This document shows, one piece after another, positions 10,101-17,086 of a stretch of 25,998 nt of DNA. Source of the DNA: a virus (Duplodnaviria; Caudoviricetes); IMG/VR virus record IMGVR_UViG_3300025108_000336, positions 1-25,998 of that record; one strand, 5' to 3'. The notes under the pieces were generated by a model. That model saw only the letters and a program-made list of their open reading frames with translations, was not told where the DNA came from and searched no databases. Both the position numbers and the translations under genes were made by a program. The stretch's first letter is position 1, and every line of letters begins with the position of its first letter.

Positions 10101-11224
10101 GCCTCGCGCCTCTTGCGCTCTTCATCGGTCATAGGCACCCGTGCTCGGGGAATATCAGTGGTGAATGTCAACGGATCGACATCACCAAGCTCATAGCTAC
10201 GCAATGCGCGTTGCGTAAATGATTGCCCCATTGACGTTACGTAGGCATCCACGTTGCGCGAAAACGATGCGCTGAAGGCCTGCCAAAAGCTGTATGCCTC
10301 TGGCTTGGGCAAAGTCGCCGTGTAGGTCAATAGATCCTGCACCGCCATGTCGAACATTTCGTCATCGATGCGCATAAGCGTATCGAACTGAATGTTAGCT
10401 TGATCACCTCGGTCTAGGCCTTCGCCTTCACCAATGCTCTGGAGACCCATCAGGATCTCGTTCATTACCTGCCGGTATTCCCGTGGTCTGCTATCAAAGT
10501 CAGAAGTGATCTCGTTCCAGGCCTGCAAGTAATTTGCGTGCAATGCTTTGTCATAGCCAAGGTGCTCGCCGATCTCTTCTAGAAACTTGTTGAAACCATG
10601 CTCTCCTCCACGATTCATCAGTGATGACACTCCTGCTTTGGCCATTAGCAAATTGTGGAACTCTTTGCCGTGGGCGTATTTCGTAGCCTTGCTAGCAATC
10701 TGCTTATCGAATGCGCTGTCGTCGCCAACTCCTGCTCCGTCGAAGTCCTGGTTGGCAATGGCGTCGCGCCAAAATTCATAGGTATCGTTATCAGATAAAT
10801 CGGCGTCAATTTTCTGCGCCTTCAGTCGCGCAGCCAGGTAGCCTGTTGTGCGGTAGACCATCTTGGCCTCCTCGGGGTTATCCATCAAGGTCAGGTTGAT
10901 ATTCCTACCCTTACTCCAGGCGTCCCAATCGTTGTAGGCTCCGTATATACGGGTCAGCTCAGAAGTCATCTTGTCGATGCGCTCCTGGTATTCAAATGGA
11001 TCCTCATCCTGTATAGGTGGCTCCTCCACTATTGGCGCAGACATATTCTGTATGCTGCTCGGAATGGGCATAGTGATAGGCTCCTCTTCCTCCTCTTCTG
11101 GCGTAGGCTCAGTAGCATGGAATTTAGCCATCGATTGCTCATTGTTATCGCTTATGCCCATCTCGCCAGATTCTGGTAATGTCATTACGGAAGGATCAGT
11201 GTCTATACGGTTCGTGTCACTCAT
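1190..11224 (-). CDS. Giant internal virion/ejection protein (~3,344 aa), polyvalent-protein type with zinc peptidase and ADP-ribosyltransferase-like modules
   Basis: Uninterrupted ORF in the T7 gp16 position. Start moved to the ATG at 11224 (MSDTNRID), which overlaps the upstream stop as ATGAGTGA. HExxH motifs at 8735-8749 and 7334-7348. Two H[GQ]T...YF[ST]...EI domains. Helical N- and C-terminal thirds. Confidence 0.9.
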   Translation of the reverse strand: MSDTNRIDTDPSVMTLPESGEMGISDNNEQSMAKFHATEPTPEEEEEEPITMPIPSSIQNMSAPIVEEPPIQDEDPFEYQERIDKMTSELTRIYGAYNDWDAWSKGRNINLTLMDNPEEAKMVYRTTGYLAARLKAQKIDADLSDNDTYEFWRDAIANQDFDGAGVGDDSAFDKQIASKATKYAHGKEFHNLLMAKAGVSSLMNRGGEHGFNKFLEEIGEHLGYDKALHANYLQAWNEITSDFDSRPREYRQVMNEILMGLQSIGEGEGLDRGDQANIQFDTLMRIDDEMFDMAVQDLLTYTATLPKPEAYSFWQAFSASFSRNVDAYVTSMGQSFTQRALRSYELGDVDPLTFTTDIPRARVPMTDEERKRREASTQEYNKYLNRRAVVKTAAENYDQIEGSSVGRWLGSALGTTATSLSMVVPYVGTAAMYASMEGAAREDLFMRGLQAGLSQEQSQNYANNVAPVVAVPQTALNKVQQLVAVRGKMPRGLQWIDRTMDKLDNAITNRVARYAGKVALVTGVETAIEIGEDLTQDVVMDLTNILNEEMPDVNWWEELSGYWNSAPDIAAEMIFLSFLGGAGGMNARKQHKAWRDTSELKKRAWGWTKETRERLDKAAEQAEKTGNFAEFGRELQEANKERDANSEEAQEAVEEFKKAQAKAAEFEEKMELANRQAENKDFPIFEYTNGAWSVIDRNTGEVIGSGMKREEAIKTAQDRYVWYEMQSVNEIAELGSIMLAQEKATEGNETARAELDELMTSSKAEQQYGKGAEERFDQQQEIAEGRGQETKKDAPIKGMRVQQMKKDGKSVVTRIFRGGDIMTVFHEEAHVRLKQAMAPGGSLTEEGVVEFLQHIDKGLSTKQVGDKQVGLKLLPDNFNELEGEARATAIDEAVAELMEVMVLRTRKKGGVKGNMNAKDIEVGMVSAMANRNEALGRAATGIASMLRALRQFWGIQFYRLAQLNKAVKDGTVSEEKIDDFLNKLYGLDSQVDMEQRTEREAQEMTGETPEDPSLGYSISYDLPSVPPSGAFYNINTYSNVTIKTIDLGVEEHISGIVDRDRHEEIKKLDAALYYRRGKKLVTTATRKIFKGVPPSIAKHPLAKYIKKFKNLSYGGPEVDLDLGNGVTFLIRGYRANSIKSVLQQLDELALGEADLDYFEKQEGWGIELDRYAKEFAENLQRRPTIEIGDASDSKSRAQRQMDEQRKKWGKDQRSGLQYVAQQEATNTITYYPAVLQTVTTTVDLAPIAQQLLDSLPEDVLTTPNVYNARRKRAAASWQGNYISTANTPETYVHEVMHVATQKRIEEEIDYPIARDSITDREGQQPIGAEYLKRIKEQAKSASPEMQELVRLYLLANKNFPELTKQSRTTGDPMSAQAKKAGISGSVGYGLANLHEFVAQTFSSRVFQEALNQIPDPKAKGMTLWQSLINAVRKMFGLNAEQGSVLESVIAATAEIAEMEAKPEVGFSISQEMDADYMAAVEAGDMDAAQDMVDQAAKAAGFWLKAFHQTASDEFHVFDMSRTGTGPGGRNTSFYKQAAYFTIDGPRIREMMEDFGIGISYGTREMQVYLKPDTEKDYVPYADLEMVKLGEDESGKEIAITDPERIKLADPVTRDDAGNVIPLSQRFDPEQPDIRFSIANLEETYAPATEEEVKAANKAESNKQKARSPILAVAAVRLANGEITVEDYADAVDVIDPFVSKGVETPPTEDDIRKYIGKPESLKYKKVGNLVEPGTLVEARIDIPTWNKSTAAGNSVYAVTLHKPVAKTATRVGETLSYMPMAHLKNAEMMTRAISGKGGAIRIAAGQGKTPLATVAGEVVSTSVIPEDISEYAEVSYNPIRSSGFRDVSNRRLVIGGEEAVSIGSRVYVKNPEYGQEPTGFIDPSTPEVDISYSILKNQLGFDPDAVPGTLANNANVNALDPNRKGEDMTWGDVSFSIGPRTLPEAMPVMSEDVFKRILNETDETAVIQIDRMKVGEIDGIPLQGGMFFPTIVENLSNRVVWAFNSKGAASDVINRVKNTGGYAKLVLMAEGNVIGNKTFATVWMGKVRKAIADKKLSKTKALKMLNEIRKTSEQATGHTKNWKTLEEVEKALMEMPQRKRGSNYFAKTRRYTAKRGQHTAYAKFLSQKMTAAGFPDAVEMVEQFEEPAFKGLPDTSIVGVIKIDPGQSLETIQTAEEAGVPEHLSYAYVIKGEPVARAKKQVTLDELRPETKNELLTQGTLRIPVTEGLSYSISQEMDADYMAVVEAGEMDAVQDMVDQAAKAAGYTIGPVWHGTQASFSKFKVGSAIGQGEGIYFSDDARDTEEFGDIQVAAYLSMSNPYTGTEENFKKLIQKTPNIDEEKFDEDGVYAGKLIQDAGFDGIIAKQGYGSNVPYGTEIVVFNPNQIKSADPITRDDAGNVIPLSQRFDPEQGDIRFQLGTDDMVVGLMDATRRRMLKSPEFKMAFFENLLKRLQAIQAFIETRGTAYNFDAFGKEFSGKFSDEKEGVLNALAMFEAIQKSLPPDLRGRLTGALTMAKQDTTEKQLEYLKGRIKSASGLVEKWMNREMNVQLKKLFKREKVTKNVAGKKPGGKAGADIHDIFAILRQAEKWSQDEVDAHVNGRLDAADNAETIEAEAKMRMEANLVGLVGNWKNASVSRKIQAVVEATRAFEAGYATYKLKKLMEREDREIMRKELKRATGKAGHGAERDAKMLKEQGMKAGGKNFLLDLLSFEDLLGYIFGRNSAIVKKFVDLERKASQKKADFIQARAEGLEALFNKLAGGKLQGEKLRYKLGSVKSIESQGRKLTEFEALSATMMWMQEDGRRHMIGPKDDDGKPTGEWNYDEDFIAEIEAQLSDEAKAVRAHLLDVYGSEHAQINPTFRDINGINMPQNALYSPITVKPMQAGKGEMTDPTTGMSMSTASLTPGSLRTRGVSIAEPEFRDVVQTFLSHTQQIGHWLAYAPMMKDLSPVMRHRDVINSVESKAGQQGVRVLSKWEQYFTAGGIVDASAYSTIQGLLNRMLGRAAGAVLIGRLSVIIIQTTQLGAAIAEMPVGSYIYRFSKLFSPQGMKMWREAFKSSYIQRRLNEMPVVVREAMKGLEASKPSTFKYLVRKAGEAIGGMDALMTAGTYAIVYDYQLKMAKQNGMTGAEAERWAKNEAERSVERVAQPTRAGTRSIFENTATNPFVRVGWAFASEGRQKLALGLYRTFSKQTSMGEKGRALALMFLINGALGTLMRTAWRDMKDGEDDEVFDERYWDPKRLMLATLTEPLGGMPFVGDAIESGIYATAGEWSPEGNMLSSIPQAMEATWNLKDFGERDAMKNLKEVEKILGGLALANDTLSAASSVSHLVTDIAKLIEAALED
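3981..4070 (-). repeat. Right (C-terminal) arm of ART module, copy A; pairs with 6324-6413
   Basis: Encodes IKSADPITRDDAGNVIPLSQRFDPEQGDI(R). 16 mismatches in 90 nt versus copy B by manual alignment. Confidence 0.95.
4431..4531 (-). repeat. Left (N-terminal) arm of ART module, copy A; pairs with 6726-6826
   Basis: Encodes SISQEMDADYMAVVEAGEMDAVQDMVDQAAKAAG. 8 mismatches in 101 nt versus copy B by manual alignment. Confidence 0.95.
6324..6413 (-). repeat. Right (C-terminal) arm of ART module, copy B
   Basis: Encodes IKLADPVTRDDAGNVIPLSQRFDPEQPDI(R). Direct repeat of 3981-4070. Confidence 0.95.
6726..6826 (-). repeat. Left (N-terminal) arm of ART module, copy B
   Basis: Encodes SISQEMDADYMAAVEAGDMDAAQDMVDQAAKAAG. 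Direct repeat of 4431-4531. Confidence 0.95.
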
Positions 11225-12893
11225 TTTCTTGATTGGCTTCCGCTGCTGATGCTCGGGTTGCACCTACGTTAAAATCCTTAAACCATTGTTTAACTTTTTT
11301 CTCGTCTTTTGCTTCTTGCGGGTTCTCGCGCACCCACTGATTGAATCGTTGTATAACTTTACCTCGATTCATGTGATAGCTTTCTTTGGCAGCAGGGTCT
11401 TCTACCTCCACCATGTGCGTGCCTGATTTGCCGTCTACCACTGCCTGGATGACTGCCTTCTCCCACCTTGTCAGGTTTTCCTGTCCTTTGTTACCCCTAG
11501 TTGAATACATCTGCCGGAACAATGCTGCCTGAGCTTTGTATTCCTTTTCTGCATCTTCTGGGCTTTTTGCGGTTCTGTCAGCAGCAGTTCTGTCTCTATA
11601 GATTTTGTCATACTTGGCGCGGATATCTCGAGCCTCGGGGTAGTCGAATCCTGCACGCTCAAGAAAATCACCTCCGGTCAGGATGCCGTCCATTAGGGCT
11701 TGCCCTAACGATTGTTTTGCCAAGGTGCGATATTGTTGTTGCTGGTCTCTTTGACGTAGATGATTGTTAAGGTGTAATTCTGCTATATCCTGTTCAGTCT
11801 GCGCAGTCCTCTTTTTTTTGTCTTCTATTGCTGATATAAGGTCTTTTTTGAAATCACTATTCTCTGGAAATTTGTGACGAATTGCCATCGTTAGCTCGGT
11901 TCTAACTGGATCATAGCCAGTAGTCTTGGGTTTCCAATTTTGTATTATGCTGGCCATTTTTGAGGCTTCACGTCTCTGATAACTTAAATCTGCTATGTTT
12001 GCTGCGTGCCGCTCGCCTTTGAATTTACTATACTTTGCAACCATGTCTTCGAGCGCAGCCGGTTCAAAATACTTAAAGTCACTGCGTAGCTTTTCTTCTG
12101 AGTAGCTAGGGTCTAATGCCAATTTGTTTTCTAATAGATCCAGGCCATCAGAATACATTTTGCCTTTGGCGACACGTTGCGTTTCAAGTGCATCGTAATA
12201 GTCGTCATCACTATAACCTGGGTAGTTTCTTTTGAAATCTTCTAGGCTTCCTAAGTAGAACCCACTGCCTACTGGATCTTCTTTAATGCCATTCATGAGA
12301 TCAGCACGATTCAACCTGTGGTCGGTCTCTATTCTTATTTTTTCAATAGATTCGACAGGAAGGTAGCTGCTAAGACCATCCAAAGCATTATTCACCATGT
12401 CGCGATTACCGGTTTGCTCGCCTCGCATAACCATGTTGAGCATTGACTGCTTGGCTAGTTGCATATCTTTGATAAGCGCATCTTCCTGGATGCCCAGGCC
12501 TGCTCTTTGAGTGAGTTGTCGCGCTCGGGTTCCGTAAATGTCTTGCTCTAATTGTGACCGATTTCCGCCTGCATAGTCTCTAATAAAACCTTCGGATAAT
12601 TTTTCCCATCCTGCGTTCGCCTCGTCTGCCGACATGTTCGGGTTAGAAATGATCTCCTGCTTGTAGTCTGCGTGCATCTTGTCGAATGCCAGCTCCATCT
12701 CAGCAGCCGTGCGTTTTGCCTGCGCCTCTTTCTGCTGAAAGGCAAGTTTCATGCTGCGGTCGCCTGTTTGACTTAGCACCTCGCCTGCTTTTGCTACTGC
12801 GTCCCAGGGGCGTGCTACGTCGCGCATGCTGCCTCGCGCTCCTACATCGACAGGTTTTACTGCTTCAAATCCTGGTCTGAAATCTTCTGACAT
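11217..12893 (-). CDS. Internal virion/ejection protein (T7 gp15 position, 558 aa)
   Basis: Long, charged, helical ORF between the small ejection protein and the giant protein. Function from synteny; no catalytic motif recognised. Confidence 0.7.
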   Translation of the reverse strand: MSEDFRPGFEAVKPVDVGARGSMRDVARPWDAVAKAGEVLSQTGDRSMKLAFQQKEAQAKRTAAEMELAFDKMHADYKQEIISNPNMSADEANAGWEKLSEGFIRDYAGGNRSQLEQDIYGTRARQLTQRAGLGIQEDALIKDMQLAKQSMLNMVMRGEQTGNRDMVNNALDGLSSYLPVESIEKIRIETDHRLNRADLMNGIKEDPVGSGFYLGSLEDFKRNYPGYSDDDYYDALETQRVAKGKMYSDGLDLLENKLALDPSYSEEKLRSDFKYFEPAALEDMVAKYSKFKGERHAANIADLSYQRREASKMASIIQNWKPKTTGYDPVRTELTMAIRHKFPENSDFKKDLISAIEDKKKRTAQTEQDIAELHLNNHLRQRDQQQQYRTLAKQSLGQALMDGILTGGDFLERAGFDYPEARDIRAKYDKIYRDRTAADRTAKSPEDAEKEYKAQAALFRQMYSTRGNKGQENLTRWEKAVIQAVVDGKSGTHMVEVEDPAAKESYHMNRGKVIQRFNQWVRENPQEAKDEKKVKQWFKDFNVGATRASAAEANQENE

Positions 12894-12905
12894 AATTTTA
12901 GAAAG

Positions 12906-13412
12906 TTATGACTGACCCTTGTAGGGTTCAAATGAACGACGAATGTCATACATATTTGAACCAGTGTTGGCAACACCGCCAAACAGTGTAGACACTGCTG
13001 CAATGTTGCCTGCGCTACTAGCCTGACTGCCTTGCCACCTTTGCATGCTGGAGTCGTTCATATATGCTTCTTGCCGTCTGCGAGATTGATTGATGTCGTC
13101 TAGGGTTGCTAGCTCTAGCTCTGATGACGTTTGCCCTATGGCATCCAGGTAGCTGCCTTCTGTCATGCTGACCCCGCTACCTGCAAGAGAGGCTCGTATT
13201 TGGCCAATGCGCCTGCGATTCATGTCGCGTCTACGTCGTGAGTTTTCAGCAGACACTACTCCCTCTTGCTCTGCCTGTTGCTCTGACAGTTTGGCATTGT
13301 ATCTTGCCATAGACTCCTGAGCTTTGCCCTGTTGATATTGTCCATAAGCACTAATGCCGGTTCCAATCAGTCCAGCAGTAGCTCCTACGATAGCCATTGT
13401 TTCAAGTCCCAT
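12906..13412 (-). CDS. Small internal virion/ejection protein (T7 gp14-like, 168 aa)
   Basis: Hydrophobic Gly/Ala N-terminus (AIVGATAGLIGTGISAYGQYQQGKAQ), Gln/Arg coiled coil, IGQIRASLAGSGV motif and Gly/Ser-rich C-terminal segment, as in podovirus first ejection proteins. Confidence 0.8.
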   Translation of the reverse strand: MGLETMAIVGATAGLIGTGISAYGQYQQGKAQESMARYNAKLSEQQAEQEGVVSAENSRRRRDMNRRRIGQIRASLAGSGVSMTEGSYLDAIGQTSSELELATLDDINQSRRRQEAYMNDSSMQRWQGSQASSAGNIAAVSTLFGGVANTGSNMYDIRRSFEPYKGQS

Positions 13413-13416
13413 GAGC

Positions 13417-13845
13417 TTAGTTAGTTAGTTCTGTAGTTATGATTCTATTCACTTGGTGGTAGTTATTATCCGACCAATTAAATCCCAGCCTTTTTGCCCC
13501 GCGCAGCATTGCTCCTGGTTGCACTGTGCCGAAAAGAATGGTGTGACCACCGCTTGCCATGATGATGTCGATGCCGTCCTGCAATGCCTTGAGCATGCGA
13601 TACGAATGCTTAATGCACATACCCGGGCGGGTGACCATGCCGTGAAAAAAGGCTACGTGGTTTGCGTTGCATAGGAACACAGCACCAAATGCTGCGGCAC
13701 CTTCCTCGTCTTCTACCACGCATGATGACTGAGGAATGATCTGTTCAGGCATAGGCTCGGCGTCATGCTCCTGCCACCACCCACGCAGCACGGGGTAGTC
13801 TTCCTTTGCATATTCGCGTATGCGTATGTCAGAGCTGATCTCCAT
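13417..13845 (-). CDS. GNAT-fold-like protein in the T7 gp13 position (~142 aa)
   Basis: Likely ATG at 13845 overlapping the nozzle 3' end. IRIREY..EDY..L..WW start, beta core, VTRPG and terminal AKRLGF resemble acetyltransferase-fold proteins commonly found here. Confidence 0.6.
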   Translation of the reverse strand: MEISSDIRIREYAKEDYPVLRGWWQEHDAEPMPEQIIPQSSCVVEDEEGAAAFGAVFLCNANHVAFFHGMVTRPGMCIKHSYRMLKALQDGIDIIMASGGHTILFGTVQPGAMLRGAKRLGFNWSDNNYHQVNRIITTELTN

Positions 13846-16800
13846 AGGTCTTGAATTTGCAAACAATGGCCTGGATGTGTAGAGGCATCGGCAGGTCTTG
13901 CTTCAGAATAAAGGTCGCGTCCATTTCATAGTCGTGGTCGATCTTGAACTCTTTTATGCCTGAATACAATAGCGGTGTAGCGTTTTCTCCGTTATAGAAC
14001 GTGACAGTATCAAAAGGCCCGTTTGCATCGGTGCCTACCTTCATGCCGTAAGAATCTCGCACTGCTACTGCTAGCTCTGTGATCTGCTTCTCCCGGCTGA
14101 CGCTAGTGCCGTTTTGCATTTGCACCTCGAGTGCCATAGGCTCGAGCTGTGATTCATAGCTGATGCCCACTGAAATGTGTTCGTAATCTGTTGGATCCCC
14201 TTCTTGGTTGAGCTGTATAGCCCCGCTGGAAACTGTTCGTGGTGCTAGGACTGCGCCATTGGCGTATACCTGCACAGTCTCACCTTCTAGGTGTCCGAGG
14301 CCGGTAACTTCTGTGATAGTCCCTGGGTTGAGCAATGTGAGGCCTGCGTCTACGTAGAAGTCTACGCTATCCTCGTCGGTGACTAGCTCCCAGTATGTTT
14401 CCCAGGATGCGCCTATGCCCGGTTTGCTGCTGGCTGCCGGGGTGTGCGTAGACTTTGCTTTGTAGTTAATGCCGTCTTCGCTGGCTATGTCGCCTGCCGT
14501 GTATTGTCCCTGGATGACTTCCCAGTAGGTTGTCCAAGAAGCTCCTGTGCCTGGTTCGCGGTCTGATGCAGCCGTGTGTGCCAAGATACATTTGTATGGC
14601 AATCCATTGTGAACAGTCTCGTCGTTCAGCGCATAGGTTTGAAAGTTCTCTGTCCATTCTGATATCGATGCAGCAGGCTCATTGTTAGCTCGAGCAGGCC
14701 TAGTTTGTGCTGCTGTCCAAATAAAACCATCATGCTGCACGTCAGGATCGCCAATGCTGTATAATGGACTAGATGGCGAATACTCGGTAGGCGTATTCAA
14801 ATCGGTCACTTCTGCCCAATAAGCGGCGGTATGCGACCCTACTCCTGGCTCATTATTTGTAGCAGATGTGTGCGATTGAATGCACCGGTAAATTTTGCTG
14901 GTGGCAGAATTGTAGACGTAATTTGTGTCATGCCCATCTGCATCGTATTGGTAACTGTGGCCTATGCCATTGTTTTGCCAAGAATCTACGACATGCCATT
15001 CGTGGTCAGTTTGCGCTCCGGTTATCGGTCGAATGTAGGGTCGTAAATCGTTGTCGTATGTATACCAAGTAGACGAAGAATCAGTGTCGTGACTTACTGC
15101 GCAGTAATAAACTGCCTGGTAATAAGTTGAGTCCGAGTAATCTGCAACAAATGAAGATCCCCATACGACGTTACTAGAACTTGTGGTTTTGCGCCAAAAT
15201 ACGACATCACCAACTTGCCAGGTATTGTCTATGAGTTGCCAATCACTTTCAGTAGTCGGTAATTCGTATAATGTCCAAGGCGTCATGCCGTATGTGTCTT
15301 GGTATAGCAGTGACCATGCATCCTCCAAAAAGAACCCATCTGGCTTCAACCGTTCTATGTAGCGAACTGTTGCGCCATTGATTGTGCGCTTTACGACTAC
15401 CCATATCTGATCGTCTTGCCCTTTCACCTTGCGAACGGTTACGTCCTCGAACTGATCTGTCGTGCCGGTGCTGTGCCGGTGCCATCCTACTACGTCCTGG
15501 CCTTCGTCTAGTGTCAGCCCAATGAGCCTGCCGTCACGGGTTACTGCCCAAATGACCTGCTCTGGCTGCGATTGCAGTGCCATGCTTACGATGCCATCTC
15601 CTGTAATGTGCTCTGCCAACAAGGTAAGATCGGCAGTGTTGTATCCATCTGCCTCGAAGCTGTATGACATTTTCCTGACTACGCTGCCTCCACGTTGCAC
15701 AAATACAGTCGCGTCATCAATTAGTATGGGGGCGATGTCGTCGCTGCCGTTGCCCGAGTGCCTCCTGGCACGCACGTTCGTCGGGGTAATAATGCCTTCT
15801 TCTTTGCTCGACGAGATCACCCATTCGTCGCCTGTAGATCCGCACAGCAATGCCTTTTCACTTACCAGCCATTGGATGTCGTTTGCTTGGCCTGAGAGCA
15901 GCGTGTGCGTCCAGGATTGGTCGTCATTGTTGCCTGGCTCAAAGTTCTCGTAGTCATCCACCGAAGATGCCCAGATCGTCTGCTTGCGTGTTTCTGTGCT
16001 CGCAAACACAAGTCTTTGCTCATGGGTGCAAATCGTTTTAGGATACCCGTTTTTGTCGCTCCAGGCTCCTTCTCGCCACACAGCAGTAGCACCAGATTGC
16101 ACCGGCTTAAATACTTCCACCGCTGCTATCCGGTCTGAGTTTACTTGGGTAACTTTTACTACCCCACGAATGTATGGTTCAGCGGTATCGATTAACGCAA
16201 AGCTGCCCGTGCCTGGTGTGTCATATTGATTGTATTTAATCCGCATGCGCACAGCTTCGTCCTGTGTGCGCTCTACATCAAAGTTTGCGTCCTTGTCTGA
16301 TGTGTATATGGCAAACTGCTCCCATCCTGCGCCTTTGCCTTCATTGATCTCGAGCGTGAACTTCCCTCCCCAGGTTCCTCCTGTGCTAAATCGGTATACC
16401 CCTTGCACCCAAATTTCTGGTGAGTATTTGCCATTGTTTGCGGTAGACGCCACGATCTTTGTCTCGAACTGGTCTTTGGGCCGTTCGTGGCTAATCTGAA
16501 AGTATGATCCTACGTGTCCTGGCACAAACAGGGCGTCCGATGCTGTAAGCGTTTGCGTAGTGCCTACATAGCCAACACGTCCGGTAGTTAGGGTGAGATC
16601 CTCGTCAAGGTTCTCTGTGTTCATTGGCGGGTAGCTCCAGGCTACTTGGGCAAACGTCCACACGTCGTCATTCAACCTGGTGAGCTTGTATGGCGGGTAA
16701 TCAGGGTGGACAAAGTATGCCACGTTGTTGATCTGCTTGATGTCTATCTCAAACAAGTCTTCATCACCGTAGGGCGTAGTGACTGTCAGGTTGCCACCAC

Positions 16801-17086
16801 CAGGTGCCTGGACGATCTGGTCGTTCTTGAAAAAGCGTATTTGCGTTGCCGTGATTTCCATCACAAACGTCTTTTCGATTGATATTTGGAATGTCTCGAG
16901 TCGCGTCTTGCCTGGTGCAGTTGCAGTGTAAGACAGTCCTGGCCTGCGCTTTGCGCTGCCGTATGGAGTCAGAGTAAAGTTGCGCAGCGTTCTGCACCCC
17001 GTGCGATATTTTTCTAGATCGCTACGGTAATACAGGAGAGGTGACATTTCGCCACCGGCAAATGACGGGATATTCTGAACAATCAT
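13829..17086 (-). CDS. Tail nozzle / tail tubular protein B (T7 gp12-like, 1,085 aa) with internal carbohydrate-binding-like repeat insertion
   Basis: SFAGGEMSPLLYYRSDLEKY...NF...YGSAKRRPG N-terminus, WREGAWS...GYP...HEQRLVFA, FVQRGG...VR, DLTLLAEHI, VVGWHRH, RYIERL, FYVDAG, GLGHLEGETV and QDLPMPLHI are all typical of this family. Confidence 0.9.
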   Translation of the reverse strand: MIVQNIPSFAGGEMSPLLYYRSDLEKYRTGCRTLRNFTLTPYGSAKRRPGLSYTATAPGKTRLETFQISIEKTFVMEITATQIRFFKNDQIVQAPGGGNLTVTTPYGDEDLFEIDIKQINNVAYFVHPDYPPYKLTRLNDDVWTFAQVAWSYPPMNTENLDEDLTLTTGRVGYVGTTQTLTASDALFVPGHVGSYFQISHERPKDQFETKIVASTANNGKYSPEIWVQGVYRFSTGGTWGGKFTLEINEGKGAGWEQFAIYTSDKDANFDVERTQDEAVRMRIKYNQYDTPGTGSFALIDTAEPYIRGVVKVTQVNSDRIAAVEVFKPVQSGATAVWREGAWSDKNGYPKTICTHEQRLVFASTETRKQTIWASSVDDYENFEPGNNDDQSWTHTLLSGQANDIQWLVSEKALLCGSTGDEWVISSSKEEGIITPTNVRARRHSGNGSDDIAPILIDDATVFVQRGGSVVRKMSYSFEADGYNTADLTLLAEHITGDGIVSMALQSQPEQVIWAVTRDGRLIGLTLDEGQDVVGWHRHSTGTTDQFEDVTVRKVKGQDDQIWVVVKRTINGATVRYIERLKPDGFFLEDAWSLLYQDTYGMTPWTLYELPTTESDWQLIDNTWQVGDVVFWRKTTSSSNVVWGSSFVADYSDSTYYQAVYYCAVSHDTDSSSTWYTYDNDLRPYIRPITGAQTDHEWHVVDSWQNNGIGHSYQYDADGHDTNYVYNSATSKIYRCIQSHTSATNNEPGVGSHTAAYWAEVTDLNTPTEYSPSSPLYSIGDPDVQHDGFIWTAAQTRPARANNEPAASISEWTENFQTYALNDETVHNGLPYKCILAHTAASDREPGTGASWTTYWEVIQGQYTAGDIASEDGINYKAKSTHTPAASSKPGIGASWETYWELVTDEDSVDFYVDAGLTLLNPGTITEVTGLGHLEGETVQVYANGAVLAPRTVSSGAIQLNQEGDPTDYEHISVGISYESQLEPMALEVQMQNGTSVSREKQITELAVAVRDSYGMKVGTDANGPFDTVTFYNGENATPLLYSGIKEFKIDHDYEMDATFILKQDLPMPLHIQAIVCKFKTYGDQL
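14370..15310 (-). repeat. About five degenerate CBM5/12 (chitin-binding type)-like protein repeats inside the nozzle
   Basis: YYCAVSHDT; YRCIQSHTSATNNEPGVGSHTAAYWAEV; WTAAQTRPARANNEPAASISEWTE; YKCILAHTAASDREPGTGASWTTYWEVI; YKAKSTHTPAASSKPGIGASWETYWELV. The last two are 132 nt apart. Confidence 0.75.

Noticed and set aside
11225-11263. Longer start (11263) for the giant protein, and the similar extended starts at 13866, 19374 and 24661
   Set aside because: Three are non-ATG starts and 19374 lies inside a hairpin. Downstream ATGs give standard coupling or better initiation contexts.
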